A stretch of DNA of 61,133 bases from Caecitellus pseudoparvulus (Eukaryota > Protista > Bigyra: Bicosoecida). This document shows positions 22,214-34,400 of this stretch, one piece after another. Under the pieces are notes generated by a model. The model made no database searches. It had not been told where the DNA came from and saw nothing but the letters and a program-made list of their open reading frames with translations. Numbering within the stretch: position 1 is the stretch's first letter; each line of letters starts with the position of its first letter. The translations under genes were made by a program, and so were the position numbers. The stretch spans positions 1 to 61,133 of the forward strand of contig CBFFRQ010000109.1 in NCBI GenBank assembly GCA_965644315.1, written 5' to 3'.

Positions 22214-25200
22214 TCAAGGCATGACTCGCAAGTGAAGTCCGTTTAAAGGGTCGCTGCCAAACACCCCCAAAAAGCTTGGAACATCACAGAGACGTGGATC
22301 GTGCAAGCCAGCATCGTCGCATTTGTCCATCGTTGTGCAGTACACAAAGAAGAGATCGACATCTTCTGGTTGAGAGATGGAGTTGATGTACGTGGCAGCG
22401 TCTTCCCCATCTCCGCCACAGGATCCAGCGCTGTCCGTCGAAGCCTCCGCTTCAGCCTCCAGCACTTTGCGCACATGCTCATGCAGTTTCGACCTGTGTT
22501 CACTGCCCACAATTTCAGGCTGCATGCTGAGCACAGCTTGGCCGCCTTCGTCCTCCCGGATATGGCCTGGGACAGCTACTGGGACGCCAAAGCTCCACAG
22601 AACACTGCTCGCCAACGTCCCGAGTTTCGGCTCAGCACTCCCCGACGGCTCAGTCCCGACCCCGCTGCTACGGCTCAAGGCAATTGATTGTGCAAGGTGG
22701 CCAGGCTGGACATGCCAGGATTCATCCGCGATGAGCGCGATCAAGCGCATGAGGGAGCCAGAGTTGAGGAGCTCTGCTGCCTCTGCTTCCCCAACTTCAC
22801 TCTTCAAGTTCTGGAGTGGCTGGAGGTTGCTCCTGAAAGACAGCGGTTCAGTAGTCGTGACCAAGAAGCAGACTTGGAGTCTGTCGCGGCCATCCTGCTT
22901 TGCGCGACGAAAGACGACAAAGTCAAGGTTGGGGAAGGCCTCGTGCATCTGGACAGTGTGGACGCCGTCCACTGGGAGCCCATGTAGCGCAGCAATGTCG
23001 CTGAAGGCAACAGTGTTCGTGCCCTCGTAGCTCTCGCAGTCCCAGTCCCACATCCGGCGGTGCTGCCGGAATCCCGAGCATCGTTGAGGGGTGAGGGCCC
23101 AGTTCCCCAGCATCTGCTCTGGTGTGGGTCCGCCTGCAATGGACAGCTGGTCGTACTGCCCGCTGAACAGCCCCATCTTCAGCAGAAATGCAACACACAG
23201 AGCATATTCTGCATCATGCGCAAAGTTTGGCACAGCTGCTATCAGTTGCTCCATCGCTCGCCTCGTTGCTTTTGATATATACTCTTGTCGTTGCTGTGGC
23301 TGGCTGGCTTCGGTCTTGAGCAGGGTCCTGAGCAAAGCCTTGAAGCCCATGGGTGTTGCAAAGTGTGTGTTGCCAGGAAGGTCAATATCCAAGGGGTTCT
23401 TGCGTTGGAGAATGGAATGGCACATGAGCATGTCAGCGCTCATCAGCTTCGGGTAATCAAAGGGGTCTGCCCCGAATTTCACTCGGTGCTTGACTTGCCT
23501 GGTGCATCGATCGCTCAAGTGGTCACGTTGATTTTCGAATGTTCTCTCAAGCCTCTTCATCACATCCTCTTTGATTGACCTTTCATGGTCGATGTCTCGC
23601 ACGAGCCAGCTCAGCATTCGCTGTCCGGCCGCCACGTTCTTGACGTACTTGTGCAGCATGGGGTGAACCTCAGGATCATGGCACAGCATGTCGAGGTGGT
23701 ATGTTGGCAGTAAGAAAGCAATGTCTGACCCAATAGGAGTAGTTTCAAAGCTGTCTACTCTTCGAGGGTAGCCGTTGATGGGTGGGGCATCCAGGCCATG
23801 TCCACACAGCAAGTGGATCGCCAAGTTGTGTGAGAAGTATCCCAGCTCCATGAAGGTGTTCTGCACGTCCAAGCCAGGTGGGAAGTTAAACAAACTCTCC
23901 CAGTTCATCTTTGCAAACTCATTCAGATACCCAACTTCTGGGCTGTACGCGAGCACTTTATTGCATGGTTCAGCCCACGACAGGAGTTGCTGCACTACTT
24001 GCCAATGTTCGCTCAAGTTTGTGCCACGGTGCTCCAGCAGCTTGGCGTGGAGTTCGTAAGTCTCGTCAACAATCAGCGTTTGGGGTGGGGTACCGGCATC
24101 GCCTCGTTTGGCAGTAAAGTGTCCCTCGGTCGGGTGGAGAAGCTTCGCCAATGCCTGCACCCGTGTTTCGCTGTTGTCCAACTCCCCAAACACGGAGTGC
24201 AGCTCTTCACTCACAAGTGCCTCTCCACAAGAGTTCCCCAAGCTCAGATCAGCCATGTCTTCGCTCAAGTATTCCAACTCGTCACTCAGAGTGAGGAGTT
24301 TGGAAGATGGAAGGTACAACAGGTCACCTCCGGCTCCCACGGCGAGCATCAAAGCGAGGGCTTGGAAGGTCGCAGTTTTGCCAGAGCCGACAGCTCCGGT
24401 AACCAGCAGTCCATGTGTACCTGCTTTGGGAAGCTCAATGGCTCTGGACAGGAACTGTGCTCGTTGGGGTGTCAAAACGAATGTCTTGAGCCCCAAGCGG
24501 TGGCGGTGGTCGTCAATCTCCTGGTTGTTCTCTGCGATTTCGCCAAACCCAACAAGAAGTGGGCGGAGCCGTATCTCGCTGTCAGATAGTTGAAAACGAT
24601 TTGCGGTTTTCTCTGTTCGATGCCAGAGGAAGCTCTTCATGTACGGCAACCGCAGAACCACAGCTTCCAGCTTGCCATCCACGACTACGGGTCGGCAGCC
24701 AGGAGTCCACAGGTCGCTGAGCTCATCTGCCAACCCCTTGGCAAGGTGATTAACGCTGGGATCTGCACTTGCTGGGTCGGTGAGCATGCTGAGCTTGTGC
24801 AGGAGGGGCCAAGCTTTGGGGTCACGGGCATGGAACGCTTGCTCTGCGTCGCGAAGCCAGCCGAAGTTGTCCCGGACCATGTCCAGATCTGCCACACCAA
24901 GCCCGCTGAGCAGTTTGTCTGCATCTTCTTTGGAGCACCCCAGTATCTGCAGAGCTGGGGGCACTTGCAGCTTGCTTGGGCTTTCTCCTGACAGGCTTGC
25001 CTGGACCAGCGCTCGCAGGGTGACAGCACAGTTTTCCACTTTCGGGGTGGAGCCGTAGTAGTGCCAGCTCCACTCGCTACATAGCTGCTGCCTTGCAGGC
25101 TTCAAATGGTCAAGAACAAACGTTTTCCACAGCTCAGGGCTCACACGGTGCGGGTCCATTATCAGCTGCAGCGTCCAGCTTCGAAAGCGACCATCCGCCG

Positions 25201-26320
25201 TTTTCAAGGCAGTGTTGGAGAGCATCAAGGAAGCGGGAACCGACCAAGCCACCGATCTCCGGGGGAGCAAAGAGACTGAAAGCTGCACCTAGCACTTCCG
25301 GGTCAAGAAGGGGGAGGACTTGGGAAGCGCCTCCAGGTGCCTGCACGTTCAGGGAAGCTGGGTGTAACGGGAGCGTACTGCGTAAGGCATCGCAAGCGCA
25401 CACACCAGGCTGTGAACCAAAGCGTGCTTGACAGTCAGTTTTGCTGCATCACAACACGCGCTCGAGTCCAGTTTGTACAGTGCCTCTTTCAGCCTTTCTT
25501 GCCCGCCCAAGCCAAACTTGGCGGCACACTCGAGCACGGCGGCTTGGTCAACACCGTGCATGTTTGCGAGCTCTGCAGCGTACAAAGCAGCGCATCGAGC
25601 TCCAGGCGGCAGGTTCATGAATGCATGTGCTTCGAGTGCTGGAGTATCCGCACCCTGCGGCACCCTTGTGCCATGTACTCGAGCCACAAAGCCTGTGGCC
25701 CACAGTGCCGCTCCTTCAGGTCCCAGGAAGGCTAACAAACACGCCTCCAGCCCCCCGAGCGCTGCCACGTGGGATATGTTTATGGTGTCATGACACATCA
25801 CACTCCCGACGAAGTTTGGTGATATCGGCTGACATGCAGCGTCAATGCACGGGGGTGGGGCCTGCGCACAAACAATCACGCACGCCGCTCATGACGCTCA
25901 CCGACCCCCACGTCGCGCTCAACGCGACACACGCACCTCACAACCCATCAGCACACCCAACGCCACCTCCACAGCTTGACCATCTATCTCACTGGACTCC
26001 AGCGCATCCACTGCGCCCGCCAGACGCAACTGATCACTTCCGCTCAGGGCTCTCCACCACGATACACCCTCCAGCCGTGCCCGCCACACCCCGCCCCCCT
26101 CACCGCACACATCCCTGCCCTGCCCACTACCTGCCACACTACACAGTAACAAGCGGGGGGTGAGCACCGCCGCAAGGTGCGGCGCGGGTAGGAGCCCCGG
26201 CAGGGCAGCTGGTGTGGCTGCGCCAACTTCCGCCCTGCCACCACGCAGGCGCCGCCAGCGCGGCCGCCCTGCAGCCTGGCATGCTCTCACAAGCTTCGTT
26301 GTGTGCAGCATGATTGGCAT
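22214..26320 (-). CDS. NTPase-REase gene B: presequence-like leader + NTPase + degenerate nuclease
   Basis: Exon 1 from ATG 26320 or 26311 to 25937; introns 25936-25862 and 25405-25341; the junction into ORF 22214..25288 is unresolved. SWWRALSGSDQLRL ~ gene A EWWTELEESQQEKL; Walker A GAVGSGKT; Walker B LIVDE; FPNLDFVVF...VCFLVTT; VDLFFVYCT shared with gene A. Confidence 0.75.
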
Positions 26321-26449
26321 GGGAGTGGCGTGTCGTGATCACCACAGGGAATCGGGTTGTATGAGCTGGAAGTAGTGTTGTGTCTGCAGGCGCACACTGG
26401 CAGCGAGTCACAGGTGAAACGCAAGGCCCTCCGTTTCTGTCCCAATCGG

Positions 26450-26835
26450 TACTCAAGCAAAGCTCGCCGTGGCGCCAAACTTCGAAATCCTTGCACAATC
26501 ATTTAGCAGTAGGCTTAAATTTTCGCAGCTAAAGCTTGTGTCTGAGGCAAACCCTCGTTCCGCTCTTGACCCTTTCTTCGTCGCCTGCACGACTGCCCAA
26601 CCCCAAGATGGTGTAAGAACGCCTAGAGCTCCACACAGAGGCATGATCCCATGGAAAACCAGAACATTACCTTCCTTGCATGCCAGCCAAAACCCAAACT
26701 CAAGCTGGTTTTGCTTAGCAATTCTCAAATCTTGGGCTTGATGAATGGCCGAAAACTTGCACGCACCCTTTGCACAGCACCCGCTCTTCCAGGGCGGAAG
26801 GCATGGCTGAAACCAACTCCCAAAAGAGGACAAAC
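26450..26835 (-). pseudogene. Relic 5' portion of a third Cys-rich membrane-protein gene (TM1-like)
   Basis: Continues the duplicated segment colinearly into the start of TM1: W-x34-(L/V)AC spacing is identical and ALGVLTPS ~ ARGSLPRPS. Confidence 0.4.
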
Positions 26836-28230
26836 TCTGTCATTATCATGCAGCGTTGGCCCACGGTCCTCCTGCCACCACTTTTGCACAGCTAGACGCT
26901 CACGCCACACCTGCACAACTGCGGCAAACTTTCCCGACAACTGTTGGTCAGGGAGGAACCAAAACCTTCGTGCCACACATCAATCACCTTCTACATTCTC
27001 ATGTGTGAATGACAGCAGCGAGCCCAACTTCGCGTCAGGGTCTCCAGAGTCGACGCCGCCGGCCATTGCCAACGATACCGATTTCCGCAGCACAGGTCGC
27101 AGCTTTCAAACGCTCCCTGGCAACCTTTCACTCGGCAACGGCGCAAAGATGAACGCCAGCGTAATAAAAATACTAGACAGACTTGATGCTAGCTGCCCAT
27201 GTCGCCCATCCCAACCTCTCTCGTCACCAGAGTGCAGAACCTTGCAGGCTGGTATAGCCGAACGAGAGACCGCTGTTGTGAGGAGCGGCTTACAAAGGCA
27301 TGGCTGTCGACGTTCCTGGACAGCAGCGGGAGTAAGCGTGTACGTTGGTTCAATTCAACCGCGCGGAGTTTCTTTGTTTGATTCGTTCCAATGGCGGCTC
27401 AGCCTCGATCAGGGCAGGGAATGCTTGCACGTCGCTACGGTTGCAACGCCAGCCAAGCCTGGCAAGCTGGTTGGCGGAGAGATAAGAAATCAAATCAATC
27501 CCTTGATGTAACGATATACGCGACATGGGGTATACCTGGTCAGTTGCATTTGCAGCACTCCACACGGGCGTTTCTGCCCCTACTTTGCCGCCGACGGCGC
27601 AGGCAAAGGTAGGAAGTCGCCACCCATCATCACGTGCACGAGAGGAGAGTCAAGGAACTCTGAGCATCCATCCAAATACTTTTTGCTGTCTTTAATGTTC
27701 CTGCAGGTGATATACAGCATGTACACCCGCCACTCTGGCGAGCTCCCTTCCGCCACAGGCACTGCCGTCACTTTCAGCTTCTTGTCAGTGGTTTGCTCAG
27801 TGCTGTGCTCGTCGCCACTTCCACCTGCACCACCTGCAGGCAACTGTTCTGCCTTTACCCGCACGTCTGCACCCAGCAGCTCCAGCCAGGCATTGGCGAG
27901 AGTCAAGCCACCCTCCGCGCCCTGTCCACTCAGCGTGCCAGAGGTTGAGGCGTCGCCGCCCTCGCCGCCCGTGTGCGACATCTTCACGCCCCCATCTTTG
28001 AGCGACTCGAGGTGGGTCCCTTCTGAGAGCACCACCTGTGCAATGCCGCGCAAAGCAGCGGGCACACCCTCACACTCGGGCTTTTGGGATGCGTGGCGGT
28101 ACAGGTCGAGGTGCGTCGCCGCCACGAATACTGCGTGTTTGCCCCCCTTTTCGTCGCAAAACACTTGCAAAGCATCCAATCCAAGGTTCTTGTCCAGCGG
28201 CCGAACCACCCAGGCATCGCCTGGCTGCAA
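26580..28230. repeat. Diverged segmental duplicate, copy 2 (partner about 7235-9050)
   Basis: Same colinear anchors as copy 1; includes the 3' end of gene C, about 700 bp of spacer and the TM relic. Confidence 0.7.
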
Positions 28231-31016
28231 GTTGTGCAAGGGTGCCAGCGAATCTGCAGGCATGAGGAAGCTCTTGCCTGTGACCTGGCTTGGTGGCACG
28301 CCGCTGGCCTGTGGTTTGTCCTCACCACCCTCATCCCATGCTGACATTCGCCCCATGTGCCCCAAACGGGGAGTCTTGCTGACTGATGCAGGTGACACCA
28401 CCTTCATCAGCTCTGAGGCGCTTTCCTTGTTGGGATACTCCCAGGTATCCAACACCTCCTTGGGGACAAACGTTTGCCCAACAGCCAGCGCTCGGTGTCC
28501 ACACGCACCAAGCGCCAAAAGGTCGGCCACTTCCTTCCCGATGTGTGTCTGCTGTGAAGGGTAGACTCCAATCTGCCAAGTATACTCATGGCGTCTTGGT
28601 CCCCTTCCCTTCCTGTCGAGCAGCAACCGCAGCACAGCATGCCTGGCGGCCAAGGACACAAACCTCGCATTACCCCACAACTTCGTAAACTGCACTGAAA
28701 GGCGTGTCAACAAGGAGGCGTCCGCCAACCAATCAAGTTGGTGTTCAGTGTGAATATTCCACGTCACCGACGACAAAACTAGCCAGGAAAGCTCGTCAAG
28801 CTTGCCACTCTCGCGAAGCTGCCGCTCGAGGGAGTCTTTCAGCTCATCAGACACTTGGTGGAATGTCGCCCACAGGGCTTGCTTGTGCCCTGTGTCCTGA
28901 ACATTGCGGCGGTCTGGCAGGGGAATCCCTGGCATGGCGCCGTAAAACTGCAGCAATTCCTCAAGCTCGCGATCTGCTTGGCTTGCAGATGAGTCGGTCA
29001 CCCATGGGCGCCCTGCGCCTGGTAGCGATGGTTCTGGATCTGTGCCACTGCCAGGCAGTGCTGCCATAGTCCCCGTTGCGGCTTGCCCCAGGTCAACAAA
29101 GACATCCCAGAGCTGGCCCTCGATCGCGAGTCCAAGACTGGTGTCTGGGGAGCTTGCCCCCACGCCCATGGTGCCTACTTTCATGCTGTAGTCCTCTGAA
29201 TCGGGGCAAGGTTGCACATCCTCAGCCAAGCAACTGGGTTGTCCACCTCTCACCTGCTGGTCCAAATCATGCACTTCCTCCATCACCAACAGGCGGGGGT
29301 TCTCGGCAGGCCCACTTTCAATCAAGCCCATTGATATGGCAAGCTCATTCATCGCAACCTTTGTCGACTGCCCGAAAGAGCTCTGTGTCGGCTGCATGTG
29401 CAGCCGCAGCTTCTCGCCAGAATGAGAGTCCCCAGGGCGCGTGCTCAGACCTTGCAGAAGCAGGTTTCCTTCACCACCAACATGTGCAAGGCCATCTCGT
29501 ACATACAGCACGTCAGCCCCTGCGCCCACAGCCGCGATGCTGGCCAGCGCCGCCAGGATGGTGCTGTTGCCGCACCCCTGCACCCCGATCAGCCTGTGCC
29601 CTGGGCCTGTAGATACAAGCCTATCTGCAACCTGTGCAAGGAAGGATTTGTGCTCTTCCGTCCACTCAAGGCTCAGCGTGCGCACCGCCTCCCGTGGTAG
29701 CTGATCCAGCGTGCCATCCGGGCGTGGCTGTACGGTAGGTAAGTGAATGAAGCCAGCGTCCGTGGGCTCTTGCGTCAACGGAAGCAAGGATGGTGCAACC
29801 ACGTCGTCCACCGCCGCACATATGCCATGCACTTGCTGGACATCTCCCGGTTTCAATCCTTCACGAGGAACGGGAAGAAAGAACCGCGTTGAAAATGACT
29901 CAAGCATGCCGTTCTTGTCAAACACGGGATCCAGCCCCGTAGTGTCCACGGCACCGTTTGGCGCGTATCCGCTGCCTGCAACGCCAGCTCCTTCTTCAAC
30001 TTTCCTGTCATACTTCCTCTGCAGCTCATCCTCGGCATGCGCAAACCACTGCAGCACGCCACGCTTGCCTTTCAGCATCGCTTTCCCCAGACCAAGCTGC
30101 CATCCAAGCACGTGCTGCACCGCCCGACGATGGCTGCCATCTGGCAAGAACTCCTGCCCAGTCGCACTGTCAAGCAACACCTCCCGCAGCGGCAGCACCA
30201 CATTCGAGACACCCACGGAGGCCATAGCGGCAGCCCATGAAGCCTTCGCTTTGGCTTTGTCCTCGTCGGCAGCACGAGATGCGGCGTCCGCGGCAGCGCG
30301 AACATCCGTCATCACACCCGAGAGCAAAGCCTGTACCACGTGCTCACGAAGTTCTGGCGTCAGGACCGTGTGGGTTTCAAGAAACTTCTTGTCGATGAGG
30401 AAAGGGGGCACCACCACCAGCATTCCCATGTTCATCTTCACCTCGTGCGCTGCGGCCTTCCGGGCCTGCTCATCCAAGCCTTGGAGTAAATCTGGCAGTG
30501 AAGTCAAAGCGAGTGCCAGCGCTGTTGCTGTCGTTGGGTTGAAACCCTGCGTCTCAAGCAAAGGTCAAGTGAGACAGTGCCCGCCGCAGCGAAACGCAAA
30601 GTGCAAATGCCACCACACGCGACACCTACCAGAGGCAGCTCGGAAGGTAGAAACTCCACGACCTCGTCCAGTCCAAGATCACGCAAGGCAGTGTGCAGAC
30701 CCCCAGGCATTAGCACAGACTTCTCTCCCATCGCCAGGAGCACAGTGTCAGGGTTTGGCAGCTTCGCGCTGCTGCTGAAGCACGCTACCCCCCCGCCCGG
30801 CAAGGAGCCGCAAATATGTGCCACAGATACATACTCTCGTTGCGGTACACTTCCCATCATGGCTTCCCAGGCGTGCTCCACAGAGGAGGTGTACTCAAAG
30901 CAGGCTGTGGGCTTCGAAACGCCGGCAAACGAAACGCCACCACGCCAACTGCGCTGCACGGCGCCCCTGAGTGCCCTGCGGAACGCAGGTGCTGCTGAGC
31001 GAGACGATGACAACAT
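27580..31016 (-). CDS. NTPase-REase gene C: presequence-like leader + degenerate NTPase + degenerate nuclease
   Basis: Exon 1 31016-30630 (MLSSSRSAAPAFRRALRGAVQRSWRGG), 83-nt GT-AG intron, exon 2 30546-27580. GVQGCGNS (Walker A K->N) followed by the family motif AVGAGxDVLY; LLVMEE; LGLDALQVF...AVFVAAT. Confidence 0.75.
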
Positions 31017-31446
31017 GATTGAGGGAGAATGCCAGGCAAATTGGGCACGGCGCTCAGGATCTGGACGCAAGCGTGCAGTTGGTATGGGACTTGCGCAGGC
31101 AGGCAGCTGCTCAAAATCACTTTGAAGAAATTGCAAAGCCTTGCGCAGCTCAGGGGTGAGCTTGCCTGCGTCGCTTGTGGGATTGCTTCGTGCTAGCTTG
31201 CTGCTTTGTGACAAGGAAAGGTCAGTCGCGGGCATGAGAATTGTGCTGAGGTGCAAAGTGCTCGCTGAGGTTCGGTCTGGCGTTGCCAAGCATGCGCGCA
31301 AAGCACTCTGTGCTTTCCCGACCAAGACCTCCCGTGTAGCCCTGCGCAGCTTGATACGAGTAGGGAGTGCATGTTGCTCAGTATCCCGATTCTGCAAGTG
31401 ACCAGCACTGGCGTGGAGCCTCCACCAGTGACATGATCACAGTGTT

Positions 31447-34400
31447 TCAAGCCGTATCACTGAAGGTAGACAGGTCTGACTTGACACGGTGTGGAAACAT
31501 GTGTGAGGACAAATTTGGCAGCCCTCCAGCTGCCTCTAGCATTTTCGTGTCTCCCGCAGCTTCAATGGCCGCCGGCACTGTCATACAGGAAAGAAGGGCG
31601 AGATAGGCAGAGGCAGAGCGGCGGTATCCAAGGGTACAGCACCACATACCCCAATGAGGCAAGGATGAGTGGTAGGTCATGGACGGGTGCTCGTCTACAA
31701 ACACCTGCAGCCATTCATAGACTGCCATCGTTTGGGACTGTATGGACGATGTGATGAGGACCAAGAGCAGCCCCACGGCCAAGAGCGACGGCAAGGCGAA
31801 GAAAGCTGCCGAGGTATACAGTGTGACCTGTGGCAGTGTTGAGTGAGCAGGGCTCGCATCAGATTCCACCAGCGCAGACCACGCTGCCAGCCAGAGCCCA
31901 AGGGTGACAGCACTTTCTAGCGTATTTAGAGCGGAGCTGCGGTACGGCTTGAGCGCTCGCTGCACCAAGAACGAGGCCGTAAGCAGGAGCAGCAAAGCTG
32001 CAAGCTGACTCCGAGCGCCCCGTACAAGGAAGACAGCGGCAACCAGAAACGTGCGCTGAGGGAGTACCGCGAGCAGCTCCCATGCCAAGCAGCTGGGCTT
32101 GGTGTGCTTGCCGTCCCGCGCCATGCTCTCATGGCGCTGTGCGTGGGGCGCTCTCAGGCCTGCAAGGAGCGTCCCGGTGCGCATTCGACTCCACTCCACA
32201 TGCTGCAGTCGCTGCGCCTTGGATGGGTAGCACACCACGCAACAGGGGATGAGTATCATGACAAGGAACCCCAGCCCAGCTGCTGTCCCGAGTGCAGCAG
32301 TGAACAGAGCTTGTAAGGAGCCCAAGCCTGTGTCCCCTCGCAGGAGATGCACGGATAGCTCGGGCACCCAGATTACATCTAGCACCTGCAGGAATACGAT
32401 GCAGAACGACGGATACGCAAACAAGCCATACAGTACAATTACATGAAACCACGCAAACCCACGCCGGCCGGGAGTTTCTTCGGGCTTTGCTGGCTCAACC
32501 AGCGCCGCAGGCCTCCAGTTCTTTGTAGCGCTTGTGTCGTCCAGGTCGACTGCAGTGCGGACATGAACAGGCCTAGCCCAGTGCTCGGCTTCGTCAGCTG
32601 GCTCCACGACATCAACTGCGTCAACAACGATGGTGCTGGCATCATCAAAGAACTCCCCATCCACTGAGGCCTCACCATGCTGCTCGGGAGGTGGCTGCAC
32701 ACTGTCATGCCGCACCTGTGTTTCCTGCTCAGGGCCCGTGTTCACCACGCTTGGGGCGACAACTACATGCTCTTGTTGGGATGCCAGCTCTGGTAGTGAA
32801 GCTACAGCCGTTGCACGTGGACCAGGCGGGTGGCTGTGCAGCTCCCCGAGACGTGGGATGCCAGGTGCCCGCTTGGCATTCAGATCGCGCACTGCCTGCT
32901 GCACGTGCTGCTCAATCCGCGCAAGGGCGTTGGAGGCGTACTGTGCTCCAGGCTGAGGCTTCCTCCTCGGGCAACAGGTAGTGCAGCCGAGCACCCCAAG
33001 TAAAAGCACCACCTGCAATGCCACCGCTGCAAGTCTATGATATGGAGAGGTCATCGACCACGCACACTGGGAAGGGATCGAAATGAAGCCAGGGGACATG
33101 GATACGGTGGCAAGCCAGTCAAGAATGAACGGCCACGCGGTGGGCGGCGGTGTTGAAAGCTGCGACAGGACCCAATTCATCTGGCACCAGCCAGTCATTA
33201 TCCTGAACAAAGCCACCAGTATCGATGTCTCCTTGGGTGCCCGATTGCTTCGCACGACGAGGAAAACTATGACCAGCACTGGAACAAAGGCTCCAGTAAG
33301 GCTGAGGACCAGAGCTTGTGCCCATGGGGGGCACTTGCGGCACTGCGCAGCTGCACTCTGCCGAGCCCAGCCGTGGAGGCACTCCCCACATAGGACACCT
33401 CTGTGGCCTTCCAGGCAGGTCATGTTTGCACTGTTTGGCACCGTGATACATGCCTCCCTGGGCCAGCACTGTTGAAACCTCTGCGGAGGCTCCGCGTCGG
33501 GTCCAGCCTGAGATTCCTCTTCCTGGAAAGCGGGCGACAGCGCAGACCTGTGTGCTTGCAGGTCCAAAATCCGCTGACCAAGCTCAAGGTCTGAGGGGCG
33601 ACGAGCCGTTTGCGTGGCGAACTCAGCGGTCCAGAATCCACTCTGCACTCGGAGATGGCCGGCGACACACGCGCCGCCCTGCGTCGCACACGCTCTGCAG
33701 CTGGCAGCTCCAGGAAGGGAAAAAGTGCCACGGGGGCAAAGCGAGCAGGTTGGCCCAGCCCCATATGCTTGCACAGCAAATGACCCTGCAAGGCACTGGC
33801 GACAGTCCCCTGGGGAGAGACCCTCCTTGAAAGCATCAGCTCCTGGAGACACTCCCCACCCGGGCAAGCACGTGCAGCCAAGAGAGCTCTCAGACGGGGC
33901 AAGGCCGGCGCCGGAACAGTTTTGAGGAACAGATGCGAGCTGGGTGATCCCCAGCCCTTGCTGCAGTGGGGCTCCGCGAAGCACCGGCATGGCAAGAAAC
34001 ATAGTGGGCTCTGTCTGCTCTGCAAACACTCGCCACCTGGTAGACTGTAGGAGCACATCAGCTGCCACACTTCCTCGAACTGCAGAGCCAGGCGGGAGGT
34101 ACAGCCGCAACTCAGAACCAGGATCCATGCCTGTTGGGGAAAGTGCTGCACCGATGCTGTCCCTTTCACGAACGAGGAGCGAGTACTGCTGCTCAAGCCC
34201 GCTGTAAACCGCCAGGCGTTGCAGCGGCGCCGGGCAAGTACTTGCTGGCCCTCGTGCATCACACAAATTCCCTTGCACTGTAACGTTTGACAGACCACTT
34301 GATGGGGGCCCTTGTTCCACTTGCACAGACAACTCAGCCCTGCTCTGCATCTCACTCGCAGTGCCCTCCACGTTCAGCACAGCCTTCTCTTGCACCACTC

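Noticed and set aside
26453-26833. Degenerate ankyrin gene (GFWLACKEGN resembles GFQVACQKGH)
   Set aside because: The DNA is colinear with the TM1 5' region within the duplicated segment and shows no 38-aa periodicity; better explained as a TM relic.
9098-31016. Endogenous virophage/Polinton (packaging ATPase) or canonical NLR
   Set aside because: No capsid, pPolB, protease or integrase genes seen; the NTPases have spliceosomal introns, a C-terminal nuclease-like domain and no fused repeat domain.
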